From positions 15,240 to 79,239 of IMG/VR virus record IMGVR_UViG_3300044953_000352: a DNA stretch of 64,000 nucleotides; one strand, given 5' to 3'. The DNA is from a virus. Of the stretch, positions 19,376 to 30,227 are shown one piece after another (within the stretch, counting starts at the first letter, position 1; the number at the start of each line of letters is the position of its first letter). Under the pieces are notes generated by a model. That model made no database searches and was not told the DNA's origin. It saw only the letters and a program-made list of their open reading frames with translations. A program made the position numbers and the translations under genes.

Positions 19376-20682
19376 GTAAACCTTTATGTGTATTACAAAG
19401 CCCACTTTTCACCCGTAGTGGATATGGCGACTGGGCAATGGCAATTGGAAAAAGTTTGTTGCGATACAACAAATATGATTTGTTAATTGCACCTACCCCT
19501 TGGGGAAATACTCCAAGAAAAATGTCTCTTGATGAATTTGATAAGAGCGACTCTGAAGCTATTGAATTAGCAAATAGAGTTTTAAAGTCTCCGTTGAATA
19601 AACAACCAGACGTGTTTATACAAATTACTATTCCAAATGAATATCAACCAATAGGAAAATATAATATTGGCATGACTGCCGGTATTGAAACTACAATTCC
19701 TCCCGGCGATTGGATTGAAGGAATGAATCGTATGAATCTTAATTTGCTTTTGAGCAATTTTGCAAAGGATGGATTTGTTAAAGCAAATTATATGAAACAA
19801 TTCCAAGACGGTAGACAAGAAAAATTGTCAGTGGAAAAGCCAATGGAAGTTTGTTTATGGGGTGCGGATACTTCAATATATAAGAAAACAGATGAAAAAG
19901 TCGAAAGTGTTGATTCTATTTTAAGTACAATTCCAGAAAAATTTGCTTATTTGTTTGTAGGACAATGGACTCATACCAATGGACTTTACAGTGATCGAAA
20001 GGACATCGGAAATCTTATCAAAGTATTTTGTTCTGCATTTAAAGACAGGAAAGGTTCACGTCCATGTTTATTATTAAAAACAAATGGAGTTAACTTTTCA
20101 AAAATTGATAAAGATGATGTTTTAAAGAAAATTAAAACTATACGAGACGAAGTTGGTGGTGATTTGCCAAACGTTTATGTTTTACATGGCGAATTGAGTG
20201 ATGTAGAAATGAACGCATTGTTTAATCACGATAAGGTCAAAGCGCATGTGAGTTTTACTCATGGTGAAGGATATGGGCATCCATTATTACTTGCTTCATT
20301 AAGCGGAAAACCTATTTTTGCTCCAAATTGGAGTGGACATTTAGACTTTTTAAATTCTAATTACTGTGTATTATTAAATGGTTCAGTTAAACCAATAGAT
20401 CCCGCTTCCGTTAATCAATGGTTAATAAAAGAAAGTAGTTGGTTTTATGTTGTATATGGATTGGCAGAAGATAAACTTAAAAACTTTTATTATTCACCAA
20501 GTAGTCTTTTAAAAGAAAACGCAGAAAAATTAAGATTAGAGAATGCGGAAAAATTTAGTTTGCAAGCTATGGACAAAGTATTTCATGGTTTATTAGATAG
20601 ATACGTTCCAGAATTTGCGGTAGAAAAGAAAATCATATTGCCTAAATTAAAGAAAATTGAATTGCCAAAAATAACTGTATAA
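19372..20682 (+). CDS. GT4-like glycosyltransferase
   Basis: TRSGYG, TAGIET, DRKD, THGEGYGHPLL, WSGHLDF. Confidence 0.85.
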   Translation: MSKPLCVLQSPLFTRSGYGDWAMAIGKSLLRYNKYDLLIAPTPWGNTPRKMSLDEFDKSDSEAIELANRVLKSPLNKQPDVFIQITIPNEYQPIGKYNIGMTAGIETTIPPGDWIEGMNRMNLNLLLSNFAKDGFVKANYMKQFQDGRQEKLSVEKPMEVCLWGADTSIYKKTDEKVESVDSILSTIPEKFAYLFVGQWTHTNGLYSDRKDIGNLIKVFCSAFKDRKGSRPCLLLKTNGVNFSKIDKDDVLKKIKTIRDEVGGDLPNVYVLHGELSDVEMNALFNHDKVKAHVSFTHGEGYGHPLLLASLSGKPIFAPNWSGHLDFLNSNYCVLLNGSVKPIDPASVNQWLIKESSWFYVVYGLAEDKLKNFYYSPSSLLKENAEKLRLENAEKFSLQAMDKVFHGLLDRYVPEFAVEKKIILPKLKKIELPKITV

Positions 20683-20683
20683 T

Positions 20684-21358
20684 ATGAACGATATATTTTT
20701 ATCATTTCTTGTTACATGTAAAAACGAAACTGAAACGTTGTTTCAACTATTACGGTTTCTATCTAAATATACAGAAAATAATGAATGTATTATTCTTGAT
20801 GATTACAGTGATAATCCACAAACACTTGCTATTATTAATAGTGCATACGATTCTAATCCATTATTTTTTAAGGTACATCAACATAAATTAAATAATAATT
20901 ATGGTGAACATAAAAATTATGGTAAGTCTTTATGTAAAGGAAAGTATATATTCCAAATTGACGGAGATGAATTGCCTTCTTCATTTTTGATGGATTCAAT
21001 TAAAGATATTATTAATTTAAATACTGACGTAGAATTATTTTGGGTTCCTAGAATTAATGATTTCAACGGAGTTAAACCAGAACATGCAAATCAATGGGGA
21101 TGGAGATTAACTTCTTACGAAAATAGATCAATTGTTAATTGGCCAGATCCTCAGAGTCGTATATTTAAAAATCTTTCTCATATTTCATGGAAAAGAAAAT
21201 TGCATGAAAAGGTAGAAGGTGCTAAAGTGTTCTCAATGCTTCCAGAAAGTTTTGAATTTGCATTGCATCATAATAAAACTATTGAAAAGCAAATAGAAAC
21301 TAATACGAGATATAATACTCAATTTACTGAAGAAGATAATAGAGGATTTAAATATTAA
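20684..21358 (+). CDS. Glycosyltransferase family 2
   Basis: TCKNE, ILDDYS, KN...YIFQIDGDE, WPDPQSRI, LHEKV. Confidence 0.85.
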   Translation: MNDIFLSFLVTCKNETETLFQLLRFLSKYTENNECIILDDYSDNPQTLAIINSAYDSNPLFFKVHQHKLNNNYGEHKNYGKSLCKGKYIFQIDGDELPSSFLMDSIKDIINLNTDVELFWVPRINDFNGVKPEHANQWGWRLTSYENRSIVNWPDPQSRIFKNLSHISWKRKLHEKVEGAKVFSMLPESFEFALHHNKTIEKQIETNTRYNTQFTEEDNRGFKY

Positions 21359-21362
21359 TACT

Positions 21363-22682
21363 ATGATAGAAAATATTTTGTCAAATATTAAATCATTGAT
21401 AAATGAAAAAAATAAAAACAAAAAATGGACTCCAAATGTTGATTGGGTGCAATATGCTGGTCCATTTTTTGATGAAAATGAATATATTGCCGCAATAAAT
21501 TCTTTATTAGAAGGATGGTTAGTTTTAGGAAAAGATGCTATAAAATTTGAAACTACATTTCCATCTCAATTCAATAAAAAATACGGAATATTAACAAATA
21601 GTGGAAGTAGCTCTAATCTTATAATGATGTCTGTATTAACATCAAAAAGATTATATAATTTAAAAAAAGGAACCAAAGTTATTACTCCAATAGCTGGATT
21701 TCCTACAACTATAAATCCTATTTTTCAAGTTGGATTTACACCAGTATTTGTTGATATTGATTTAGATACCCTCAATCTTAATTTGGATCAAGTAGAGGAT
21801 GCTGCTAAAAAAGGAGCAAAAATTATTACATTTGCACATGTATTAGGAAATCCTCCTAATATGGATCGTTTAATGGAAATCATTAAACAATATAATTTGA
21901 TTCTTTTAGAAGATTGTTGTGACGCTCTTGGATCTACTTATAAAGAAAAACCTCTTGGTAGTTTTGGAGAATTAACAAGTTGTAGTTTTTATCCTGCACA
22001 TCATATGACTATGGGTGAAGGAGGATTTGTTGCATGCAATACAGAAATACAAGAAATCATTGCTCGTAGTTTTCGTGAATGGGGACGTGGATGTTATTGT
22101 GTAGGTAAAAAGGCAAATTTATTAAAAAACGGATCTTGTGGAAAAAGATTTTCAAATTGGTTGCCAGAGTTACCAGATGAAATATTTGATCATAAATACG
22201 TATATGATGAAATTGGATATAATCTCAAACCGATTGAATTACAAGCATCTATTGGACTTGAACAGATGAAGAAACTTCCTTTGATTCATCAAAAGAGAAA
22301 AGAAAATCATAAAAGATTAACTGATATATTTTATAAATATCAAGACTATTTTCATCTTCCAAAAGCAACGTTATATTCTGATCCAAGTTGGTTTGCATTT
22401 GCTTTAACTATAAAAGACAATGCGCCATTCAAGAGAAAAGATATAGTTGAATTTCTAGAATCAAATAAAATACAAACTCGTCCATATTTTGCTGGTAATA
22501 TTATGTTACAACCAGCATATACGGGATTGATTAATAAAAATGAAGTAATAACTAAATATCCAAATTCAAGAAAGGTAACAACCGACACGTTCTTTTTAGG
22601 AACAAGTCCTGTTATTACTATGGAACAATTGGATTATATACAAGAAAAAGTAGATGGGTTTTTTAAAAATAAAATTATATGA
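21363..22682 (+). CDS. rfbH: CDP-4-keto-6-deoxy-D-glucose 3-dehydrase (E1, RfbH/DdhC)
   Basis: NSGSSSNL, AHVLGNP, EDCCDA, SFYPAHHMTMGEGG (His in place of Lys), WGRGCYC...C Fe-S cysteines, DHKY...GYNLK. Confidence 0.92.
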   Translation: MIENILSNIKSLINEKNKNKKWTPNVDWVQYAGPFFDENEYIAAINSLLEGWLVLGKDAIKFETTFPSQFNKKYGILTNSGSSSNLIMMSVLTSKRLYNLKKGTKVITPIAGFPTTINPIFQVGFTPVFVDIDLDTLNLNLDQVEDAAKKGAKIITFAHVLGNPPNMDRLMEIIKQYNLILLEDCCDALGSTYKEKPLGSFGELTSCSFYPAHHMTMGEGGFVACNTEIQEIIARSFREWGRGCYCVGKKANLLKNGSCGKRFSNWLPELPDEIFDHKYVYDEIGYNLKPIELQASIGLEQMKKLPLIHQKRKENHKRLTDIFYKYQDYFHLPKATLYSDPSWFAFALTIKDNAPFKRKDIVEFLESNKIQTRPYFAGNIMLQPAYTGLINKNEVITKYPNSRKVTTDTFFLGTSPVITMEQLDYIQEKVDGFFKNKII

Positions 22683-23635
22683 AATTATTATATATTACAG
22701 GATGCTTGGGTTTTATCGGATCTCATTTGACTCGTGCGTGTCTTAAAAAAGGATGGTATGTAAGAGGAGTAGATAAGGCAACATATGCTGCGGATTTAAA
22801 TTTATTAAACGAATTTAATCAATATCCTACATTTAGTTTTAAGAGGGGAGATATTTGTAAATTAGATCGTTTAGTAGATTGTGATTATTTTATTAATGTT
22901 GCCGCCGAAACTCATGTTGATAATTCTATTAGAAAAAGTGATGACTTTGTTTATTCTAATATTAATGGCGTTTATAATATCCTAGAATTATTGAAAAATT
23001 ATAATAAACAAGGATATGTAAAGCCAGTTTTATTACATTTTAGTACAGATGAAGTGTATGGAGATATAGAAGATGGTCAGCATTTTGAAACGGATATATT
23101 GAAACCAAGTAATCCTTATTCAGCAACAAAAGCATCAGCGGATCAATTAATTCTTGCATGGGCACGAACATATGGTATACAATACGTTATTGTTAGACCA
23201 ACTAATAATTATGGAATAGGACAATATGTTGAAAAATTAATTCCAAAGACTTGTAAATATATAAGTTTAAACAGAAAAGTGCCTCTTCACAATAATGGAA
23301 CTCCAATACGTAATTGGCTTCATGTAGAAGATACTGCTAGAGGAATTATAACAATAATTGAATCGGGTGTTAAAAACGAAATATTTAACATAGCAGGTGG
23401 ATTTGAACAATCAAATATAGTAACTCTTCAGAAAATAGTAAAAGAATATTTTGGTAATTTACCTGATGATTACGAAAACAAATATATTGATTTTTCTTTA
23501 ACAAGAGTTGGTCAAGACATTCGATATGCATTAAATGATGACAAATTGAGAAGTCTAGGATGGAAGCCTCAATGTGATTTTGATGTCGAATTAAAAAAGA
23601 TAGTGAAGTATTATAAGGATAATTTTATATGGTAA
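22679..23635 (+). CDS. rfbB: dTDP-glucose 4,6-dehydratase
   Basis: TGCLGFIGS, AAETHVDNSI, STDEVYG, PYSATKA, NNYG, RNWLHVED. Confidence 0.9.
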   Translation: MKLLYITGCLGFIGSHLTRACLKKGWYVRGVDKATYAADLNLLNEFNQYPTFSFKRGDICKLDRLVDCDYFINVAAETHVDNSIRKSDDFVYSNINGVYNILELLKNYNKQGYVKPVLLHFSTDEVYGDIEDGQHFETDILKPSNPYSATKASADQLILAWARTYGIQYVIVRPTNNYGIGQYVEKLIPKTCKYISLNRKVPLHNNGTPIRNWLHVEDTARGIITIIESGVKNEIFNIAGGFEQSNIVTLQKIVKEYFGNLPDDYENKYIDFSLTRVGQDIRYALNDDKLRSLGWKPQCDFDVELKKIVKYYKDNFIW

Positions 23636-25422
23636 AATATGATAATTCAAATTATTTGGCAGCAGACTTGATAGCAGATTTTCTCGAAGAGAAAGAAATT
23701 GATATAGCATTTGGTATTATAGGATCTGCCAACTCATATATTTTTGATTCTATATCTAGAAAAGGATATACTAAATTAATATGCATGCATCATGAACAAG
23801 CAGTTGTAATGGCAGCAGGTGCATATTATAGAACTACTGGAAAATTATGTGCTGCTATTGTAACCGCTGGAGCAGGTGCTTCTAATGCAATAACAGGAGT
23901 ATTATGCAATTGGGCAGATTCTATACCTTGTATTGTAATATCAGGACAAGAATCAACTAAATATGTCAATGAGCATTCTAACCTTAGAATGTTAGGTACG
24001 CAAGGATTTGATGTATCAAAAATGGTATCTGATATTGTAAAATTTAGTACAATTATTAAGAATAAATCTGATATTTTACAATCATTAGAACAAGCATATT
24101 ATATAGCATTAGAAGGAAGACCGGGACCAGTATGGATTGATATTCCAATGGATATGCAATCTGCAATACTTAATAAAGAAGATTTAAATAAATTTACCGT
24201 TCCAAATCAAGTTGTATCTGAATATGATTTACATGAGATAATAAAGTTAATCGAACAATCAGATAGACCATTAATTTTAGGAGGACACGGAGTACGTCTT
24301 TCTAAATGTCAGGATAAATTTAAGAGCTTAATAGAAAAATTAAAAATTCCCACTGTTTTATCGTGGTCTGGAATTGATAATTTATCATTTGATAATCCAT
24401 ACAACTTTGGTTGTCCGGGTTTATATGGACAACGATGTGCTAATTTTATAATTCAAAATTGTGATTTATTAATTGTATTAGGAAGCAGACTTGCGTTACC
24501 ACAAACTGGTTATAATATAAATAATTTTGCACCAAATGCAAAAATAATAATGGTAAATAACGATGAAAATGAATTAAAAAAGCACAATAGATATGATATA
24601 AAAATCAAAGATGATTGTAAGAATTTTATAAATAAATTATTAGCTTACGACATAAATTCATATAAATCCAAGTGGTATGATCGTTGTTTGCAGTACAAAA
24701 ATGAGTTTCCTTTAGTTGAAAAATCTCATTGGGTAGACAATAAAAATCATGATAATTCTTATGTATTTATCAATGAACTATCAAAACTTCTAAAAGAAGA
24801 TCATATTATTGTTATAGGACAAGGTACACCATTACCATGTTCACATCAAAGTCTTGAACTCAAATCAAAACAAATAGCATTTGCATCAAATGGTTTAGGA
24901 GAAATGGGAAATGGATTACCATCTGCTATCGGAGCAGCATTTGGTCGTAATAATAGAGAGGTTATCTTAATGGATGGTGACGGTAGTATGATGATGAACT
25001 TGCAAGAGTTACAAACTATTGTAAGTTATAATCTTCCTGTAAAAATAATAATCTTTAATAATGAAGGTTATTTGTTTATAAAACACACACAAAAAATGTT
25101 ATTTAATGGTCGATATACTGCGGTCAATAAAGAAACCGGCATGAGTTTACCTGAATTTAAAAAAATAGCATACGCATTTGATATACCTTATTTTAATACA
25201 AAACATAATACTGTGGAAGAATTTTTAAGTCATGATGGATATGCTATATTTGAATGTTATATGAATCCAGAACAAGAATTCGCTCCAAAAGTAAAAGGTA
25301 TTTTAACAAAGAATGGTATTTTACCACCACCAATTGAGGATATGTCGCCTTTATTACCGATAGAAATTTTAGAAAAAAATATGTTGAAAGTAAATGAAAC
25401 GTCATATAAAATCAGACAATGA
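23629..25422 (+). CDS. ThDP-dependent acetolactate-synthase-like enzyme (YerE-like carboligase in a sugar cluster)
   Basis: HHEQA, GRPGPVWIDIP, GDGSMMMNLQEL...NNEGY; adjacent to rfbH and rfbB. Confidence 0.85.
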   Translation: MVKYDNSNYLAADLIADFLEEKEIDIAFGIIGSANSYIFDSISRKGYTKLICMHHEQAVVMAAGAYYRTTGKLCAAIVTAGAGASNAITGVLCNWADSIPCIVISGQESTKYVNEHSNLRMLGTQGFDVSKMVSDIVKFSTIIKNKSDILQSLEQAYYIALEGRPGPVWIDIPMDMQSAILNKEDLNKFTVPNQVVSEYDLHEIIKLIEQSDRPLILGGHGVRLSKCQDKFKSLIEKLKIPTVLSWSGIDNLSFDNPYNFGCPGLYGQRCANFIIQNCDLLIVLGSRLALPQTGYNINNFAPNAKIIMVNNDENELKKHNRYDIKIKDDCKNFINKLLAYDINSYKSKWYDRCLQYKNEFPLVEKSHWVDNKNHDNSYVFINELSKLLKEDHIIVIGQGTPLPCSHQSLELKSKQIAFASNGLGEMGNGLPSAIGAAFGRNNREVILMDGDGSMMMNLQELQTIVSYNLPVKIIIFNNEGYLFIKHTQKMLFNGRYTAVNKETGMSLPEFKKIAYAFDIPYFNTKHNTVEEFLSHDGYAIFECYMNPEQEFAPKVKGILTKNGILPPPIEDMSPLLPIEILEKNMLKVNETSYKIRQ

Positions 25423-26132
25423 ATTTAACTTTACAAACAATATCATCAACAATAATTTCCGAACTACTCGCAAATTCTCCATTAGATGGGGTGGTTTTGG
25501 ACATGGAACATGGTAATTTTAATAATGAATCTTTATACGCTTGTATTCAAGTTATTACTTTATATAAAAAACAATGTTTTGTTAGAGTCACCGATTTAAA
25601 TAAAACCTTAGTTCGAATGTGTTTAGACGCAGGAGCAACAGGAATAATATTTTCAACAATCGAATCATATTCACAAGGTAAAGAAATAGTAGAGTTTTGT
25701 ACATATCCTTTATTTAAAGGAAAAAGAGGATGTGGGCTTGTTAGAGAAAATCAATGGGGTGAATACAGTTTAGGTACAAATAAACCCCTAATAATAGGAC
25801 AAATTGAAACACAAACAGCAGTGGATAATTTAGATTCTATTTGCACATGTGGATTTGATATGTTTATTATCGGACCATATGATTTATCTAATAGTCTAAA
25901 TTGTGTAGGAGACTGGCAAAATTTACTTTATAAAATGTATATAAGTAAAATATATAACACAATTGATAATAAAAAAATTGGAATGTTTCTTCCTTCCAAA
26001 AGTAATATTACTGAATTTCTATCAAATAAAAAAAATAATATGTTCAGTCCGGCGTTAATTATATGGGGAATGGACACTGAGTTAATCAAGTCCGGTATAA
26101 ATTCCATAGCATATGATATACAAACTAACTGA
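25419..26132 (+). CDS. HpcH/HpaI-family class II pyruvate aldolase
   Basis: LDMEHG, VRV, LDAGATG, GKRG, QIET, IGPYDLS. Confidence 0.88.
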   Translation: MNLTLQTISSTIISELLANSPLDGVVLDMEHGNFNNESLYACIQVITLYKKQCFVRVTDLNKTLVRMCLDAGATGIIFSTIESYSQGKEIVEFCTYPLFKGKRGCGLVRENQWGEYSLGTNKPLIIGQIETQTAVDNLDSICTCGFDMFIIGPYDLSNSLNCVGDWQNLLYKMYISKIYNTIDNKKIGMFLPSKSNITEFLSNKKNNMFSPALIIWGMDTELIKSGINSIAYDIQTN

Positions 26133-26865
26133 AAAATTAAAGGTTTTAGCAAATAACTATGGTGTTATAGGTATAAAACAGTCATTTGAAGATGAAGGAA
26201 TCGAAATAAATGATTTAATCTTAGTAAGAAGATTAACCGATATTTGTAATATTGAATGTTTTGTAAAAATTGGTGGATGTGAAGCAAAGTCTGATATAAA
26301 TAATTGTATAAAATATGGAGTTAATAACATCATTGCTCCTATGATAGAATCGTCGTTTGCCGTATCAAAAGTTACTGATATCACATCTAAATACAATAAA
26401 CTCATAAATTCTTACATTGTTGTTGAAACCAAAACATCCTTTAATAATTTAGATAGCATTTTAGAAAAAGGATACAATACATTAAAAGGAATTGTTGTTG
26501 GTCGATCAGACTTTTCAAAATCATATTCAATCGATAAAACACAAGTTGATTCTGATTTTATATTTGATAAAGTAAAAACAATTTTACTCAAATCAAAAGA
26601 ATATAATTATCAAACGACATTAGGTGGAAATATATCTAAACAAAGTGTTGATTTTATTAAAAAAATGTATTTTCAAAATTTACTTGATAAAATCGAGACT
26701 AGAAACATTGTTATTGATTTATCAAAAATTGATATTGAAAATTTAGAAAATGTAATTAAATTAGCTATCGAATTTGAAATCGAATTAATAAAATATAAAT
26801 CTACTTCTTTAACATTGACATTAAAAGAATCAAATGATAGAATAGAAGCATTAGTAAATAGATAA
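26113..26865 (+). CDS. Aldolase/citrate-lyase-beta (HpcH-like TIM barrel) family protein
   Basis: KQSFEDEG, VKIGGCEAKSD, APMIES, VET, VGRSD. Confidence 0.7.
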   Translation: MIYKLTEKLKVLANNYGVIGIKQSFEDEGIEINDLILVRRLTDICNIECFVKIGGCEAKSDINNCIKYGVNNIIAPMIESSFAVSKVTDITSKYNKLINSYIVVETKTSFNNLDSILEKGYNTLKGIVVGRSDFSKSYSIDKTQVDSDFIFDKVKTILLKSKEYNYQTTLGGNISKQSVDFIKKMYFQNLLDKIETRNIVIDLSKIDIENLENVIKLAIEFEIELIKYKSTSLTLTLKESNDRIEALVNR

Positions 26866-26870
26866 ATAAA

Positions 26871-28031
26871 ATGAACAAGAGATTTGAACAGTTACAAAAC
26901 ATTGTACACCGAGAAGAATGTTTTAAAACAATATGTGGTGCCGGAAATGAAGATAAAGCACATGTTAAAAAATTATCTTTTGTCTATACATTAGCAGGAA
27001 CAAAAATATTAGACGTATCAGCTAATGTTGACGTTGTTAAAGCAGCAATGGAAGGTATTGATTTAGCGTATGAGTATACCCATAAATTAAATGTTAAGAT
27101 AGAAGATAGACCTTATATTATGGTCAGTGTAGGAATGCCGGGAGATCCTCACGTTAGAAAATCTTTTATAAATGCAGATAAGTGCATTGGATGTACATTA
27201 TGTATTCCTATTTGCCCAACTGATGCTATTCCTAAAGACTTTGTACAAAATCTAAATGTATTTAAAAATTTAGGAGGAGTTTTTGATATCGAAGATCAAT
27301 CAAAAGAAATTGTTATCAAAGATCTGTGTATAGGATGTGGCAAATGTAGTAGTATTTGCCCAAAGAATGATATTATCTCATATAGACACAATGCAAGAGA
27401 AATACATAAACTTTTACCGAAGTGTATGGAAGCCGGTGCAGAATTATTTGAACTTCATGCTGCGGTTGGAGAAGATGATATTACTCTTACAGAATGGTCA
27501 ATAATCAATGAGATTAATTCCAATAATTATAATTCAATGTGTTTGGATAGATTAAATCTAGGAAACTTAAGATTTGAACATAGAATTAATGAGGCTAGAA
27601 AAATTGCTGGTAATCGTTTAATGATTCAAGCAGATGGATATCCAATGAGTGGTGGAGAAGATGATTATAACACTACTTTACAAGCAGTTGCATGTGCTGA
27701 TGTTGTCAATAAAAAGTTTAATATGCGAATTGACAAGAAACGTACAACCGACAAATTAGGAAAGCCAAAAATATCTTCCAAAAAAGTATATAAAAACATT
27801 AATGATGTAGATAATATTCCTATATTAATTTCAGGAGGTACAAATTCTTATAGTAAAGAATTGGCAGAAAAGGCAGAAGTAAGAATTAATGGGGTATCTA
27901 TAGGAACATTTGCGAGAGATTTAATTGAAAAATTTATAGTGCAACCAGATTTCTATGAAAACGATGAACTTATTAAATTGGCATATGAAAATGCAAAAAA
28001 TTTAATACAAATTAGTAATAAAAAAATATGA
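26871..28031 (+). CDS. ldpA: LdpA-like 2x[4Fe-4S] protein
   Basis: FKTICGA, DPHVRK, CIGCTLCIPICP, CIGCGKCSSICP, ELH, QADGYPMSG, SGGTN match the LdpA layout. Confidence 0.75.
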   Translation: MNKRFEQLQNIVHREECFKTICGAGNEDKAHVKKLSFVYTLAGTKILDVSANVDVVKAAMEGIDLAYEYTHKLNVKIEDRPYIMVSVGMPGDPHVRKSFINADKCIGCTLCIPICPTDAIPKDFVQNLNVFKNLGGVFDIEDQSKEIVIKDLCIGCGKCSSICPKNDIISYRHNAREIHKLLPKCMEAGAELFELHAAVGEDDITLTEWSIINEINSNNYNSMCLDRLNLGNLRFEHRINEARKIAGNRLMIQADGYPMSGGEDDYNTTLQAVACADVVNKKFNMRIDKKRTTDKLGKPKISSKKVYKNINDVDNIPILISGGTNSYSKELAEKAEVRINGVSIGTFARDLIEKFIVQPDFYENDELIKLAYENAKNLIQISNKKI

Positions 28032-28408
28032 AACAACTTGTTATAGCAGTCGATTTTGATGGTACGTTGTGTGAATACGCATTTCCTAAAATAGGAAATC
28101 AAACAGAACAACAAAAAAACTTGTTAGATTTATTGATCGCACTAAAACAAAAAGGTCATTATCTAATATTATGGACAAACAGAGGGGACACAGATGAACT
28201 AAAATGTTTATCTGAAGCAATTGAATGGTGTAAAAACCAAGGATTAGAATTTGATCAAGTTAATAACAATAATCCCGAACGTGAAGCTAATAAAAAATCA
28301 GGATACAGTAGGAAAATATTAGCAGACTATTATATTGATGATAAATGCTTAGAATTTGGAAATGTATTGGCTAGAACAAAGACTTTAGAGTTTTTATCCA
28401 ATTTATGA
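28028..28408 (+). CDS. HAD-superfamily hydrolase/phosphatase
   Basis: IAVDFDGT, LILWTNR, RKILADYYIDDK. Confidence 0.85.
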   Translation: MKQLVIAVDFDGTLCEYAFPKIGNQTEQQKNLLDLLIALKQKGHYLILWTNRGDTDELKCLSEAIEWCKNQGLEFDQVNNNNPEREANKKSGYSRKILADYYIDDKCLEFGNVLARTKTLEFLSNL

Positions 28409-29310
28409 ATATATTAGTAACAGGAGGAAATGGATTCTTAGGTTCAAATACAATTAAGAAATTAATAGAAAAGAATCATAATATATTAATAACATCTAAA
28501 AATAAAACCAACTTAACTTATTTAAAAGATGATACAAAAATAATACCCTGTTATATAAACAATATATGTTATCATATTGATGAAATTAAAAATTTTTCTC
28601 CTGATGTAATAATATTTTTTGGTTGGCACGGAGGAAATAATTATAAAGATACAAATATACTTGATCAGTTTCATCAAAACGTTCCGCCACATATAACTTT
28701 TTTAGAACAAATAAGTACATTTTCTAAGAAACCTAAAATTATAGGTGTTGGAAGTTTTTCAGAATATGGAGATTACAATATTCCTATCAACGAAACTTGT
28801 ATTGAAAATCCAACAAGTTTATATGGATTATCAAAGTTGACGTTCAAAAAATACAGTGAAATGTTTTGTAAACAACACCAAATGCAATGGACGTGGATAC
28901 GACCATGTTTCATATATGGACCAAATGATATTCAAACAAGAGTAATTCCATCAGTAATTAAAAAAGCATTAAATAATGAAAAAATTCATTTAAATGAATG
29001 TAATACAATATTAGATTATCTATACGTTGAAGATTTTGTTAATTTTTTATATAAATTAATTGACTTAAACTGTGAAGGCGTATATAATATTTGCTCAGGA
29101 AAACAATATCAACTACAATCTATAATTAATCAAATTTGTGCATTATCTAATAGTAATTCTGAAATTATTTTTGATAAATCATTAAATAGAAAAGGACTAA
29201 ATAATTTTATTTGTGGTGATAACACTAAGATTCAAAATACAACAGGTTATTTTGAATTACATAATATACACGATGGTTTGCTAAAGACTATAAATTATTA
29301 TAACCAATGA
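28405..29310 (+). CDS. NAD-dependent epimerase/reductase (extended SDR; possible NDP-4-keto sugar reductase)
   Basis: TGGNGFLG, GSFSEYG, YGLSK, YGP, DYLYVED. Confidence 0.88.
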   Translation: MNILVTGGNGFLGSNTIKKLIEKNHNILITSKNKTNLTYLKDDTKIIPCYINNICYHIDEIKNFSPDVIIFFGWHGGNNYKDTNILDQFHQNVPPHITFLEQISTFSKKPKIIGVGSFSEYGDYNIPINETCIENPTSLYGLSKLTFKKYSEMFCKQHQMQWTWIRPCFIYGPNDIQTRVIPSVIKKALNNEKIHLNECNTILDYLYVEDFVNFLYKLIDLNCEGVYNICSGKQYQLQSIINQICALSNSNSEIIFDKSLNRKGLNNFICGDNTKIQNTTGYFELHNIHDGLLKTINYYNQ

Positions 29311-30227
29311 ATTATAAAATAACATGTCATTTAATGCCGTGGGAATTAGATTTTGCTTTGTTGTCGTTTACACAATTAAAAAAATCAAAATATCATCTAA
29401 ATTCAAATGATACAGTTTATATTGATGTTACTTTAAATCTTTCAAATTATATATTCGATTGGAGTTCTAGTAAACTACCAAAAGAATTCTTTATAGATAA
29501 GTTTACATCATTACAGCCATTATTAAATGATTATAAATGTAGATTTAACATTTATACTGGAGATGAAATCTACGGCGGATTAAATACAATGCTATATGCT
29601 ACAGAACCACATATAGATCATTATATGGATTTGAATCCAGATATGTATTTTACAGAGCATTTATTATGCATGCTTATAGAATCTTCAAAAGTTATAAAAA
29701 ATAGATTTTTCATAGTAACCCCACAAATTCCAAAATTATGGGATAACACATGGGACATCATATCAAACTATCATTATAATAATATATCATATCAAGATCA
29801 TAATAAAATTGAGGTTTATGATGTTAGAAATTATATGAAAACAAATGATCTTGAAGTAAAATTATCATCAATCAATACGTTTAAATTTGCTGGATGGATG
29901 GATTTATACAATAAAGAAACATGGGAAAATTTTATTGTACAAGACGGATGGCAAGGATACGGAGGATGTGATTACTACGCAATGTTATTATGTAATACAG
30001 CCAAGGTTAACGGAGTAGATGTTCAACAATACGTATTAGAAAATCAAATCACGACTGAATATAATTATGGTCATATGAATTCTACCGGATATACCAAGTA
30101 TTATAAAAAATTTTTGGCACTAAAAGATATACCAAATCAACGCGAATATTTTAACTCTAAATTAAATGAATATCTAAACTATGGAGTTAGAAATTTAATA
30201 AATAAAAATATTATAAAATTGTTATGA
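29307..30227 (+). CDS. Hypothetical protein, possibly a divergent GT-A glycosyltransferase
   Basis: Operon context; LNPD, KLWD, GYGGCD; only weak similarity recognised. Confidence 0.5.
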   Translation: MNYKITCHLMPWELDFALLSFTQLKKSKYHLNSNDTVYIDVTLNLSNYIFDWSSSKLPKEFFIDKFTSLQPLLNDYKCRFNIYTGDEIYGGLNTMLYATEPHIDHYMDLNPDMYFTEHLLCMLIESSKVIKNRFFIVTPQIPKLWDNTWDIISNYHYNNISYQDHNKIEVYDVRNYMKTNDLEVKLSSINTFKFAGWMDLYNKETWENFIVQDGWQGYGGCDYYAMLLCNTAKVNGVDVQQYVLENQITTEYNYGHMNSTGYTKYYKKFLALKDIPNQREYFNSKLNEYLNYGVRNLINKNIIKLL

